DNA from: Geosiphon pyriformis uo1
Lineage: Eukaryota > Fungi > Glomeromycota
Assembly: GCA_016748015.1 (NCBI GenBank)
Contig: JAAOMT010000441.1
Span: 1 to 64,000, forward strand
Direction of reading: 5' to 3'
Length of the DNA: 64,000 nucleotides
A model generated the notes under the pieces. That model saw only the letters and a list, made by a program, of their open reading frames with translations. It was not told the origin of the DNA and made no database searches. A program made the translations under genes and the position numbers. Every line of letters starts with the position of its first letter. Position 1 is the first letter of the stretch. Below, in pieces: positions 40,064 through 54,280 of the stretch.

Positions 40064-43000
40064 TTATTTCTTTTTTTTAATATTAAGTTCTATCAAAATC
40101 TTTTAAACTTTCTAGATTTCTTTCTTGGATTAGCTTTATAACTTCTTTTTCTAGAATTGTTTTTGTAATTTTCATTTACAGTTTTTTAAATTAAACATTG
40201 GTTAATTTTCTTAATTGATTAATAATTATAGTATTTATTGTTAAATATAATAATATTTCTGATCTGTCTCAAAATCTTATCTGTAGTTGGTAAATAGCTT
40301 TTGCATATGTAAATAAATTATTTTTTTCAACAATTGGTTCAATTTGTTGTAGTCAAATTGAATTAAATTTTTTTTTTGTTTTATTAGTATATAAGTTTTT
40401 AATGCTTAATTGTTGTTTTAGTTGATAATAACAAAAGTTTTTTGGATTTTGTTGGATTTATTAAGTCCAAATTTCTAAGATCAATTCTTTTTCTGATATT
40501 AATATTCTTAAATCTTTTAATATTTTTTCTATTTTTTCTATTATTTTATCTATAATATTCTCAGAAGTATAGTATTTAAAATATTATTCTTTGGTTTGGT
40601 CTTTTTGTATTATTCTTTTGTTTTTGTATTGTATTATGTGTTTATTGATAATAATTTTTAGACTTGATTTCTGTTATTGAATTAGTTGTAATAGTTATTG
40701 TGCAAGTAAGTAGATGTTGTCAGTAATTTCCATTTTTACTGTTGTTTTTGTCATGTGTGCTGGTTCCTTATATACTGTTTTAGTAGATTAATTTAATATA
40801 TTTGTTTTAATAATGATGATTGGTTCTAAATCTTGTAAAATCTTATCTGGTTAGACTAGTATTCATTATATTTTTAATTGTGGAATATTACTGGTAGATG
40901 ATAATATTATATTGTAATATGGTTTCAATCAATCTCCATGTGCTGCTTTAATTAAAATTTTGTTGTCCTATCTTAGTTTATAACTTCTATTTCCTAGAAT
41001 TTTTTCAATGTAAAATAATTTGTTTTATTTAGAATCGAATTTTTTATTCTATTGTTTTTTTGCTTTGATACAATATAGTAATACTTTGTTTCTAATCCTA
41101 AATTTAACTGGTTTATCTAATAACTGGTTATTATGTCATTTTTTTTGTTTTTTTTGTAACTTTTAAATGTTATCAGCTGCTCTTTGTCTTTTGTTTTCTA
41201 ATGTTTTCATTAAGTCATATGTTTTTCTCAACAATATTTTTTGAAAGTTGGCTTCTGTTATTGGTTCTATTAGATATGTATTGATGTTTATCTCAATTAA
41301 TAATATTGCTGTTCTACTATAAACAAATTTAAATGATGTTGCTTGTGTAATATTCTGTTTTATTGTTCAATAAGCAAATATTATTGATGGTATAAACAAA
41401 TCTCACTCATTCTGGTTTTTTTAGTTGATCTTGATTATTGTTTTATATAATGTTTTGTTAAATTTTTTGACTAAGCTGTTTGTTTATAGATGATATGATA
41501 ATAATAATAGTCTTTTAATTCCAAATTTTTAATTTAATTCTGCTAGTGTTTTGTTTACAAAGTAAGTTCCTTAATCTGATAATAATTCTTTTAGACATCT
41601 ATATCAACAAATTAATTCTTGGTAAACAAATTCAGCTATAAATTTTGTATCTGCTTTTTGAATTGTTTTTGCTTCTGGCCATTTTGTAAGATAGTTCATG
41701 ACTATTGCTATATAGTAATTGTCTCTGCTAATTATTGTTAATGGTCTAATTAAGTCAATTTTAATTTAATAAAATAATTGCCTTACTTTGATTGGTCTTA
41801 ATGGTTTACTGGATCTTGTTTCTTCTCTTTTTTGATAAACATCACAATTTTAAACATATTGAACAATGTCTAGATACATAAATGACCAATAGTATTTTTT
41901 TCTAGTTCTTTTCATGATTGCTTCTTTATAAAAATGTTTTGCTGTTAGATTTAAATACATGTTAAATAGTATTGTTTCTTTCTTTGGCTCTGTGATTACT
42001 CTGAGTGATTAATCTAAGTATTTTTTGTTTTTCTAATATAATATATCTTGGTAAGTAATAAAATATTTGGCTTGTTGTTTTATGTTGTTTTGTTCTTTTT
42101 GAGATAATATCTCCTTAAACTGTTAAGTATTGATAAAATATTGGAGTTGTTGATATTTTTGTGTATTCATTTTTTGTTATATTTTTGGGTTAAAAATGTT
42201 CTTAAATTTGTTTTATTTATAACAAATTGTTGGCATTTCCATTTTTTTTTCCTTTTTTATAATATACTATATAATTGAATAATGATAATTTTATTTTTTA
42301 TTTTACATAGCAGTCATTTTAAATTCTTGTTTCTGAATTAATGTCAATCCTTTGTAATCAGTATATACATTAAATTTTTGACTTAAGTATTCTTTCTATT
42401 TGATAACAGTCTAATAGATAGCCAAATATTCTAATGCTGGAGTTCTATAGTTTTTTTCAGCTGGACTTAAGTTTTTACTGGTGTATATTACTGGGTGTTC
42501 TCTTTTATCTGGCTCTTTTTGTGACAATACTGCTTTCAAAGCTTGACTTAATGCATCAGTAAAGATAATAAATAGTTTGCTGTAATCTGAATAGATTAGT
42601 ACTGGTGCTTGAATAAGCTTTTTTTTCAAGATATTAAAAGCTTTTTGTTAAGTTTTTGTTTATTCATATTTCACATTTTTTGCCTAAAGCTGGTGAAGTG
42701 GTTAAGTCAATTTGAAGAAGTTCTAAATAAAGTAGCAATAGTATTCAGCAAATTTTAAGAATGCTTTTAATTCTGTGAGATTTATTAGTACTAGAAAGTT
42801 CTTAACTATCTTAATCTTGTTTGGATCTGTTTTTATGTTGTCTTTGCTTACAACATGTCCCAAAAAATTAAGTTCAGTTTTTTTAAAGAAACATTTAGTT
42901 GTATTCAACTTTAATCCAGCTTTTCTTAGTCTTTCAAACACTTGTTAAAGATAATAGAGATAATCATCAAATGTTTTGAGAACACATTAGTGTTATTCAA

Positions 43001-46000
43001 GTAGATTACTACTAATTTCCATAGTAATCCAGTATAAACAATTTCTATAAGTTGTTGAAAAGTAGCTGAAGCATTTATTAAGCCATAAAAGATAATATTG
43101 AATTCAAAGTTCTCTTTTCTGATAGTAAATAATGTTTTTTTTTATTGGCTAAGTTCATGGCTACTTACCAATAACCACTATCTAAGTCCAATATTAAAAA
43201 CCATTTCTTTCCTCCAAATGCATCGAATAATTTTTGAATTTGTAAAGTTAGATAGCTGTCTCTATGAATAATATTGTTGAGCTTTTTGTAATCTACACAA
43301 AAGTGGATTTTCCCATTTTTCTTTCAGATTAATACCACTGGTAATAACTATAAACTTATTGATGATTGAATTAACTCATTGTTCAATATTCTATTGATTT
43401 TTTGTTGAATAATTTTATGGCTTGCTAGTGGTACTTTGTATGCTTATTGTTTTATTAGTATTGCATCTTCAGTTTTAGTTTGGTGTTGAATAATGTCAGT
43501 TTTGCTAAATTTATTTTTACTGGCAAAAATGTCTGTGAAATTGTTAAGTAATATTTTGAGCTGTATATATTAAAATGAGTTTAAGTTTCTTAAGTTTATT
43601 TGGTCTAATTGTTTTGGTTGGAGCAAATAACATTCTTTTTGTTTGTATATTGTTTGTAATATAATATCCACATATTTACACAGTTGTAAAAAATCTAGAA
43701 TGGTGTTTAGTGGTTGGTTTTCAATTTTAGTGCTTAAGTATCTAATGATAGTTCTGCTTGGTATTTTAATAATATCTCTAGTTGTGTTATAGATAAGAAT
43801 TTTAATGTGTTTATAGTTTTTGGCTAGTATGTAGAGATTGGTAATTTCAATCTTTCTTGATTCACAAATAGTTGGTTTCACTTAAAAAATCTGGGACTGG
43901 TCCCTTATTTTTCTTTCTATTACTAACATATACTAATCATATAGTGAAATAAAAACTGATTGATTAATAAAAATAGTTTTTTTTTTATTAATTGTTTCTT
44001 TCTCTGCCATATTAACTGGTACATTTATTGTATTCATAGATTCAAATCTATTTTTTTCTCTGGCTATAATTCTTAATTCTTCTCTTGTTTCTACTGACAC
44101 TAATTGAACTATTTTTACTAAAGATAAAAATATTGTCTGTGTTATTTTTTTATTTGGTTCAATTGTGTATTTTTTTTTAAGTTGTTTTGTAGTATTGCAA
44201 TAATATTTTTTACATATCTTGCATCAATTATTTTTTTTCTAATATTAATTCTTTTTTTTACTGAACTAGATTTAAATTTTAATTGAATTATTATTGTTGT
44301 TAAAATTTTCAGTGCTATTTTCAGATCTATGCTGATGCATAAATGTGGTTCCAATCTGATGGCAGTTTTTCCTAAATATCTAAGATCAAACTATGTATTA
44401 GTATTATGTATGCATTCTGACATAATACCTTTATTATTATTGCTGAATTATTTTAGTTCCTACTTTCTTAATAGATCTGAAAGCACAATATATTGTTTGA
44501 GATTGTAATCAGAGTTTGAATTAAAGTTTGAATCATTATTGTCATTGTCATAGTAAATGAAGTTGAAATCATTGTTGTTATTATTATTGGAGTTTGAATC
44601 AGGTTTAAATTTTAATTTCAATTCTGCTGCATATTTACTAATTGGTTCTTTTTCTTCAGGGATCAAATAGATTATGCATAGTGGTAGATTATAAATGAGA
44701 TCACAATTATTACAATAATTAAAGTTACTGGAAATTAGGCAATATTTACACAATCTTGTATTTAACTGTTTCAAATGCTGCTTTTGCTTTTCTCTAGTAA
44801 ATGCTAAGTCTTGGTAGTATTTATGAAATTGTTTTAAATTGCTTAAAATATCAAAAAATGCATCTAGATTTAGAATAAAAATAGTCTCAACCAGTTCTGG
44901 TAAGTTGTTCTTAATTGCCAATATTTTATTAAGTAAAGTATTTTTGACTTTGGCACTCATCATTTACTAGATTTTGTCTTCATTGTATAGATAACCATTT
45001 AAGCATAAGAGTGCTTAATTCCATGTGACATTAAAAAGTGTTTTTTAGTTCATCCAGTTACTAATAAGAATTATGTATTGACATAATGCATCACACATTT
45101 TTCCATGACCAAGAATATTATCCCACATTCTTTTGTCAAGTAGTGTCTTTCTACAAGTGAAACATAGTTTATTGTCTCACTTTTCTTGTTATTTTGAATA
45201 ACCAAACCATTCTCAATAACATGGTTTGCAGTAATAATAAGTATGTATTCAGTAGTTTTTGTTTAATACTATCCAAGCTCCTATAAATGAAAGTTTTTTT
45301 TTGTAGTCAATATACTTGAGAAAAATATAGAGTGGTTTTTTTTTCATGTTTACTGAGTATAGTATATGTCAACTGTCAGCAGTTTTGCTGATATTGGTAA
45401 TAACTTGTGGTTCATCTTTTTTTCTTTCTTTCCCTTTGTTATTTTACAATAGAATTGGTAATAGTTTGTTATGATTTTCTTTAGTTCACAATACTTAATA
45501 TACTTCTCAGATAGATTTTTTTTTTCTAATTCAATTAGTGACTGTACTAATATGGTGATGTTTGTTCAAAAGTAGTTACAAGTAGTAGGTACTTAAGTTT
45601 GCAAATTATCATAACTAAGTTGTAACTTTTGGGTATTTCAATCAAGCATCATATTGGTTTTGGACAACCAGTTATTACTAATGAGAGCTTGGTACTACAT
45701 AACTTCTATTACTAATATCTTGATTGATATCTTAATGTCATTGACTTCAAACAGAAAGTTTTCAATCTTACCAATAAGCATTTTTATCACTCCATCAGTA
45801 TTAATAATTCTGGTGCTGACAGTATAATCAATTCAGTGACCTAATTAGTCTATAAATTGTTGTATAATAATGCTGCCTGCTAAACCACTATCAAGGATTA
45901 ACTTGATAAGGTGCTCATTAACTTTAATATTAGTGTATATTATAGTAATTAGTTTGGTGTTAAAAGTGGTTCTACTGAATAATAGTGTTTTTAATGAATT

Positions 46001-48259
46001 TTTTATTTCAAAAGAGAATATTGTGACAAGTAATTTATCTTCTGTAATAGTTGCTGATAGAATATTGTTGGTAAGTAATTGGGTTTGATTGGATTTCTGT
46101 TTGTCCAGTTGAGTGTCTTCTGAAGTAATCAAAAGACTTAAATAGTTTTGAGAATTTGGGTTTTGGTTGTACTTATTGTCCGAACTCCACTGGCATAATC
46201 CTAATAATTAATTTAATGAACTGGTGATTGGTTGGTATATGACTATTGCTAATCTTTAGTTTTGTTGAATATGAATAATTCTTGGTTTCTGGTTTCTAGG
46301 TGTTATTTAAGCTGAGTTTTGTGACAGTGTTTAAAATAGTTGGTGTTAATACATAACTTGTAGCTATGGTTGATATATTATTGTTACTGGAGTCTGATAA
46401 ATTAGCACTAAGTATATTTGCTGTATTATTGGTAGATAAGAAACCTGATATTAGTCTTGATTTGGTTGATAATTTGGAGTTTAAAACTGGCAATCAGAGT
46501 TTCTATATTGATTTCCTAATCATTGATTATTTAATCATGTGTAACAGTTGATTTGCAAATGTTTTTCTTTACTACAATAATAACAACTATATATTTCTTG
46601 TTATTACTGTTAATTTAATAATAATAAACATAACTGCTGTTGAATACAGTTGGAATTTTCTGAATTTTTACAATATTGTGAAAACTGATAAATTGTCTAA
46701 TTGTTAGTTAAGTATTTCTTGATTTTTTGATTGATAGTTTCACCAAATTGTTTCAATTTGGTATCCAATTCAAATAATTTATTTATTACTAAATTAATAG
46801 CTTAAATATGATTGGGTTCTAATTCAGCTAATTCAAAATCTCTAGTATTTGTGACTGTATTTTGAAATGTTTGTGGATGTAATAAGTATATGTATTATAG
46901 GATGCTACTATGCAGATCATGAATAAATTGGTTCAAGATTTGTGGTATATTGAAGTAATTAGTGTTAATAACTTGAATTTGGTGCAGATTTCTGTGAAAG
47001 TGTTCTAAGTAAGTAGTGACTGTTTTAGTGTCTTTTTGCTTAATAATAGTAAAAACAGTTGTCAAATAATTAATGCTGCTATTATTATTAAAATATCTGA
47101 AAAATTCAATTTTAAATACATTGAAAGTGATAAGTTTATTGATTAAGCTTTAATATTACAAGTCAACAGTATTTTGGAAAAAATATGGAATGGCTTGTAA
47201 AGCTCTAGTATTGTTCTAATTATTGATAGTAATGGCCTTAGTAATGTCATTTAACCAAACTTGGGTATTGTTTTCTTCATTAGTAAACTTTTCTAATTTG
47301 GCAATAGAAGCATATACTATTGGTAATGGTTGTTGTAGTAGTTGCTGCTAAAATTGTAGTTGCTAAAGTTGTTGTAGTAGTTGTTTGGCAATTGGTACAA
47401 CTGGTGGTAGATCAATTATAATTACTGAAAGTAAGTTTTAAGAAACAATAGAAACTGGGTTTGGATTTTTTGGATTTTGCTGGGTTGAAATAATCAAAGT
47501 TTAAATTTTCAGAATTTTTAGAATTAGGTTTTGGTAATTAAATTTTTGTTTTTTGTTTTTTTTCTCTTCTGAATCAGTTTTTTCTTAAGGACTAATGGCT
47601 TCAAAATTGGGTTGAAGTAGTGGTGATTGAAATTTTGATGGCATTGATAATTGCAATTTAAATTCTTCAAAAAAATTGCCATAAGTTCTCAATAAATTGA
47701 CTTTTTCTTGTTAACTTTGGAATGTTATTCTTGCTAATAATGTTTTTGTTAATAATAATACATCTCCTAATAGTATATTAATAGTACTTTCAAACATGTA
47801 GTAATAGAATAGGTAAATAGATAAAACAACTTTTAGTTTCTTTTAAGTAGATAGTTGTATTTTTCTTGGTGTTTTTGCTAATATTTGCAATTTTTCTTTG
47901 GTTGCAAGAGTAATAAAAAATTTCTGTTGGGTGTAATTTCCAATTTCTCTATTTATTTCTGTGATTATTGGTGCAAACAGATAGTTTAGTAAATGTGTAG
48001 TGCTTTGGAATAATTTATTGTTGAAGCTGTTGAGAGCAGCTTCTAAATCTTTTTGGGCTCTCAAGTAGGATTTGATTTTTTTGTTAACATAGAAATTAAA
48101 AGCTGATTCTGTTGGCCAATTGTTACTTGTCAATTCAAGATGACTTTGATAGCACTGAAATAAAGATTTTGCAAATCTTAAATAATTTTCTCTTATACTT
48201 TTTTGGTTTGCTACTTTTCTAAATAATTGTTGTTGATGCCAATTTTCTGCTAAATTATA

Positions 48260-48276
48260 CCTCACAGAAAGTACCA
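48260..48276 (-). promoter_or_regulatory. Putative primer-binding site of element 1 (TGGTACTTTCTGTGAGG)
   Basis: Begins with TGG 2 nt inside the 5' LTR boundary; the cognate tRNA was not identified. Confidence 0.7.
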
Positions 48277-48278
48277 AA

Positions 48279-48891
48279 TATTACAAGTAATAATTTGAAG
48301 TGTTGGTACAAATAACAAATTTATAACTGTATGCTCAATAGCTAAAGTGTTAGTAATATTTAAAAGTTTTTATAATCTAAAAATTTTGGTAATCTGAAGG
48401 TTTTAGTAATCTAAAAGTTTTGGTAAAGTTCTTTGTATAATAAACAAAGATTCAATGGTTGTTTCAGTAGTCTTCTGGAATAGTTATTCCATTAAATTTC
48501 TTTTTTTAGAATAGTGGCTGGTTTATTTTGGCAGTTATGCTCTTTTGGTAAGCTATTCTCAAATTCTGAGTTCTCTACTCTTATTTTTGGGTCTTTTACC
48601 AGGCTATTTTTAATTTCTGTAACCAATTTAGTAAACAGCAAAAAACAATACAAAGAAATTAAAAAAAAATAAAAAAAAATAAAAAAAAATAAAAGATTTA
48701 GTATTCTGTTAATAGTTATAATTAAGAGCTATTATTTCAATGTAGTTAAGTATTAAATTCTATCAACATAAAGTATTAATAATAACAAAATGATTAGAAT
48801 TCTCAATCAAATAATAATAACATGGATTAAATAATAATAAATATGTTTTATTAAATATTTTAATGAATTTACTTTGGTTAATAGTAACTAT
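48279..48891 (-). repeat. 5' LTR of element 1 (interrupted)
   Basis: Colinear with 39137-~39743, then stops abruptly at agtaactat where a different LTR begins. Confidence 0.85.
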
Positions 48892-49775
48892 TTTTACAGA
48901 TAATTATTTGGAATCTCAAATCAAATAATAAATCTATAACTTGGTGCTCAATATCTTAACAATACTAGTAATACTGGTATGTTGGTTGTATCTGAAGGTT
49001 TTAGAGTTGAGTTTTTTGTATAATAGACAGAAATTCAATAACAATGTAATTGGTTGGTGAGTTGTGTTCCCAATTTCTGTCTTTAGCTTAGTGGCTGGTT
49101 TATTCTAACAGTCATGCTTTTCTGGTAAGCTATCTGTTAATATATATATAATTTTACTCTTATTTCTGGGTTTTTTACCAGACTATTCGTGACATCAATT
49201 ACTCAGCACTTTAATCCTTAATCAGTTAGTATACAACAGTAAAAATCAAAAAAAGAAAGAAATAAAAGAAAATAAAGAAATAAGCCAAGGTAATGTGCAT
49301 GTTAATATCTTGTCAATAGCCATGATCAAAAGTTATTGTTCCAAAATGGTTAAATATCAATTACTATCAACATAAAGTGTTGATAGTGGAGAGTGGATTT
49401 AGATAGTGAATGATTTATTTGTTTAATATTTGTGGATAGAAGATTTCTAACTAAAGGATTCTTATCTTTCTACTTCTAATGCTACTGCTATATATACATA
49501 ATTGATGTTCTATGAGATTGCTCACATTCCTAAGTGATGGCTATGATTTCTTGAGCAATGCTCACATTGCTGAGTAATATGCTCTAATTTTCTAACATTG
49601 CTCCACATTGCTGAGCAATATGCTGTGTTTTCTGATATTGCTCCATATTGTTGAGCAATGTGTCATGATTTCTATTATTGCTCTACATTGCTGAGCAATG
49701 TGCTCATATGCTACATACTATTCACTTATTGGTCTACTATTCTTCTTATATCTGTTTTTCTTTTTATGAGTAACA
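48892..49775 (-). repeat. 3' LTR of element 2 with an internal degenerate tandem repeat (tgctccacattgctgagcaa, ~49518-49705)
   Basis: Ends in gagtaaca followed by ttatcttcttcttt (polypurine tract on the minus strand); shares sequence blocks with the element 1 LTR. Confidence 0.8.
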
Positions 49776-50489
49776 TTATCTTCTTCTTTTTAATATTGAG
49801 CTTCGTCAAAATTTTTATTCTGAATTAGCTTTAATACTTCTTTTTCTAGTATTGTTTGTTCGACTTTATTTTTCATATCTTCTACTTGTACATTGTTCAT
49901 TCTTCTCCATTGGTTAATAGTTATGGTTTCCATATTAAAGTGTAACAGTATTTCTGGATAGTTCTGAAATATATTGTACAGTCAGTAAATTGTTCTCACA
50001 TGTAGTGTTGAGTTCGTCTTTTTCCCAATAAATTCTTCAATTTGCTGTATTATGTTTTGGTTAAATATCTTCTTGGATTTGTTGATATACAACTCTTGAA
50101 TATTTAACTTTTAATCTAACTGGTAGTAACAGTATGATATTGGAAGTTGTTCTGTTCATTGCTTCTAATTCTCTTTTGTAAGTTCTTCTGTTGGTGCCAT
50201 AATAGGTATTTTCCCAAAAGTGTTCTTTACTTTTTCTATTATTTTATCTGACCAGTTTTTATTATTCATTGGTAACTGCTGATATGGTGTATTCTTTGTC
50301 TTTCTTTTAGTGTTTGGATAGCAAATTGTTTAGTTGTTAATGATAATTTCCATGTCTAAAGATTGTTAACTTAAGGCCTGGAATAATTGTTGAGCTATGA
50401 TATGAATATGATCTGGTATTTCCATTTTTTTTTGGTTGTCTTTGTCATGTATACTGTGTCTTTATATACTCTTTCATTGTTTGATTTTA

Positions 50490-51863
50490 TGTGTTTGGTC
50501 CAATGATTATGATTGGTTCCAGATCTTGTGGAATCTTTTCTGGTTGAACTAGTATTTGTTGTACTCCCAATTGTGGAATATTATTAGTAGATGATGATAC
50601 TATTTGGTAATATGGTTTCAGTCAATTACCATGTGCTGCTTTGGTTAAGATTTTGTTGTTTTATCTTAATTTATAAGCTCCATTTCCAAGAATTTCTTCT
50701 ATGTGAAATGATCCATTCCATTTGGAATCAAATTTTTCACTCTATTGTTTTTCCGCTTTGGTACGATATAGAAATACTTTATCTCCAATCTTGAATTCAA
50801 CTGGTTTATCTGGTAATTGGTTATTATGTCGTTTTTTTTGTTTTTTTTGAAACTTTTGAATGTTATCAGCTGCTTTTCATTATCTGTTTTCTAGTGTTTT
50901 TATTAGGTTATATGTTTTTCTCAACAATGTTTCTTGGAAATTAGCTTCTGTTATTGGTTTAGTTGGATATGTGTTGACTTCTATCTCAACTGGTAATATT
51001 GCTGTTCTATCATATACTAATTCAAATGGTGTTGTTTGTGTAGTATCTTGTCTCATTGTTCGATAAGCAAATAATACTGATAGTATAAACAAATTCCATT
51101 CATCTTGGTTTTTTTGACTGATTTTGGTGATTGCTTCACACAATGTTCTATTGAATCTTTCAACTAGTCCATTGGTTTGTGGATAATATGGTGATGATAA
51201 TGGTTTTTTTATCCCAAATTTCTGACTTAATTCTGTTAATGTTTTATTCACAAAATGAATTTCTAAATCTGATAATAGTTCTTTTGGACATCCATGTCGA
51301 CATATCAAATCTTGATGAATGAATTTGGCAATAAATTCTACATCTGCTTTTTGAATAGCTTTTGCTTCTGGCCATTTTGTGAGATAGTCTATAGCTACTA
51401 CAATATATTTGTTGCCTCTATTGGTGATTGTTAATGATCCAACTAAGTCAATTCCAATGCAATCAAATGGTTGTCCTACTTTGATTGGTCTTAATGGTTT
51501 ACTGGGTTTTGTTCTACCTTTTTTTTGACAAGCATTACAACTTTGAACATATTGGATGATGTTTGAATACATTGATAGCCAATAGTATCTTTTTCTGGTT
51601 CTTTTTATGGTTGCTTCTTTATGAAAATATTCTGCTGTTGGATCTAAGTACATGTTAAACAATATTGTTTCTTTTTCTGATTCTGTAATTACTCTGGTTG
51701 GTTGGTCTGGATTTTTTCTGTTTTTCCAGTAAAGTATATTTTGATGATTGATAAAATATTTTGATTGCTGTTTTATGTTGTTTTGTTCTTTTTGAGATAA
51801 TTTCTTCTTGAATAATTGAGTATTTATATAATGTTGGAGTTGTTGGTATTTTTGTGTGTTCAT
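50490..51863 (-). pseudogene. Integrase of element 2 (HHCC-DDE-GPF)
   Basis: GIDLVGS, VAIDYLTKWPEA, LLSD and PQTNGLVERFNRTL motifs; starts at its own ATG (MNTQKYQQL). Confidence 0.9.
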
Positions 51864-53267
51864 TTTTTGTTATATTTTTGGGTTGAAATGTTTTTAGATT
51901 TGTTTTATTCGTGACAATCCGTCAGCATTTCTATTGTCTTTTCTCTTTTTATAATATACTGTATAATTGAATAGTAAAAGTTCTATTTTCTATCTGGCAT
52001 GGCAATCATTTGCAAATTTTTGTTTCTGGATTGAAGTCAATCCTTTGTGATCCGTATATATTTCAAACTTTTGGTTCATGTATTCTCTTCATTTAATAAC
52101 AGCCCAATAGATTGCTAAGTGTTCCAGTGCTGAAGTTTCATAGTTCTTTTCAGTTGGACTTAAACTTCTACTGGTGTAAGCTACTAAATGCTTTCTTCCA
52201 TCAAGTTCTTTCTGTGATAGTACTGTTTCCAATGCTTGATCTGATACATTAGTAGTAATGATAAATGATTTGTTGTGATCTGGATACATCAATACTGGAA
52301 CTTGGATAAGTTTTCTTCTCAATGTGTTGAATGTTTCTTGTTAAGCTTCAGTCTATTCATACCTCACATTCTTGGTTTGTAGATAGTGAAGTGGCTGAGC
52401 TAGTTTAAAAAAGTTCTTAATAAAGCAGTAATAGTAGCCTGCGAATCCCAAAAATGCCCTTAGTTCTGACAAATTGGCTGGTACTGGAAAGTTCTTAACT
52501 ACTTCGATCTTGTCTGGATTTGTTTTGATTCCATCTTTGCTCACCACATGTCCCAAAAACTTAAGTTCAGTTTTTCCAAAAAAACATTTGGTTGCATTTA
52601 GTTTCAATCCAGCTCTTCTTAACCTTTCAAATACTTGTTGGAAATGATGCAAATGATCATCAAATGTTTTTAAAAACACATTAGTGTCATCCAAGTATAC
52701 GACTACTGATTTCCATAGTAATTCAGTATAGACAATTTCCATGAGCTGTTGAAATGTTGTTGGAGCATTCATCAAGCCAAATGGCATGACTTCAAACTCA
52801 AAATTTTCTTCTTTTGTGGTGAATGCTGTTTTTTTTTGTCAGCTAAATCTATGGCTACTTGCCAGTATTGAGAACCATTTATTTCCTCCAAAAGTGTTGA
52901 ATAATTCTTGGATCTTTGGAGTTGGATAGCTATTACCTTTTGTTACTTCATTCAGTTTTCAATAGTTTACACAAAAATGGATTTTTCCATTCTTTTTATG
53001 GACTAGTACTACTAGTGATGACCATGGACTCATTGATGGCTGAATTAGCCCATTGTCAAGCATTTGGTTGATTTCTTGACAAATGATCTTATGGCTAGCT
53101 GGTGGTACTCTGTATGCTCTTTGTTTAATTGGCATTGCATCTCCAGTCTTGATCTGATGCCGAATGATGTTGGTTTGGCCAAATTCATTTTTGCTAGCAA
53201 AGATGTCATTGAAATTGTTGAGTAATATCTTGAGTTGCATTTATTAAAATGGATCTAGATTTCCCAT

Positions 53268-54280
53268 TGTTACCGAAAGTTTTTGGTCTCTTTTCTTGAA
53301 TGTTATAACTGTCTGTTGGTTGCAAATTCATGTTTTCTAGAAGTAGTTGAACCTCCAATAACTGAATTTATCTTCAAATTATCTCCTATAATTTGAACTG
53401 CTGGGCTTATAAGTGGAATGGCCAATTTCTTGCCAGTTACTTTATGTAGTTACATTGTAGTAAATGTCAACTCTTTTTCAGAAATTGCTCATCTAGAAGC
53501 TCACTAAAAATGTGTAGTTACTTTGCTGTGAAAGTCAACTCTTCTACAGGAATCTTGTCTGTAGGCTACCCTAATGATTGTAATAAGAAAATAAAAGAAA
53601 AATAAAAGAAATGTAAAAGAAATAGAATTCTGTCAAGGGAAACGTTTTCTATTCAGGCCTGGAGTCACTAACAGTTTACTGAAATTGGTAGCTAATCAAT
53701 TTCAAAACATTAGTTGGGTTTTTGGAGATTTTTCAAGTGCAATATTTAAAAAAATTGGTTTTTCAAATTATTTGATATTTTATTTTTTTTTGTGTGTATA
53801 GGAATGGTTCTAAGTAATAAATCTAAAGTAAGATACATTTTTTTGAAGAAAAAAGCTCTTTTTTTATACAACTTGTTGTAGTACTAGTCTATGAATTTGC
53901 ACTTTTTCTTTTTGCTCAAATTTCAGCGAACTAAAGATACATTTTGATGAACTACAAGTTATTTTGCTGAACTATTGATTAATTTGGTGAACTATTCATA
54001 ATTTCAGCAAATTTCTGTAAATTTCGGCGAATTTCTTATAAATTTCTGTAAATTTCTGTAAATTTCAGCGAATTTTAGAATGTTACAAAGTTCAGGGTAT
54101 TGTGTAATTTGATCATTCTACTTTCTGTTATACTAATTAAATTCTTTTAATTGAATCGTGATATGTTATAATTGATTAAATAATAAATAATAATTTGAAA
54201 TGATATTAATATACTAATTAATTATAGGAATTATAAGGGTAATTTTATGTTAATTAATAGCTAAAATTTTACTGGTAACA
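53268..54280 (-). repeat. 3' LTR of element 3 (1013 bp)
   Basis: Direct repeat of 62244-63248, roughly 95% identical over the first 300 bp by hand count. Confidence 0.97.

Larger units (their letters stand above)
39137..48891 (-). mobile_element. Ty3/Gypsy LTR retrotransposon 1 (oldest, very degenerate); its 5' LTR is cut at 48891 by element 2
   Basis: Direct repeats 39137-~39743 and 48279-48891. Internal relics in order: gag (~48200-46550), protease LILDSGLAGS (~45890), Cys-rich insert, dUTPase relic (~44040-44420), RT (~42720-43450), RNase H (~42200-42630), integrase (42170-~40800) and accessory ORF (40733-~40065). Confidence 0.88.
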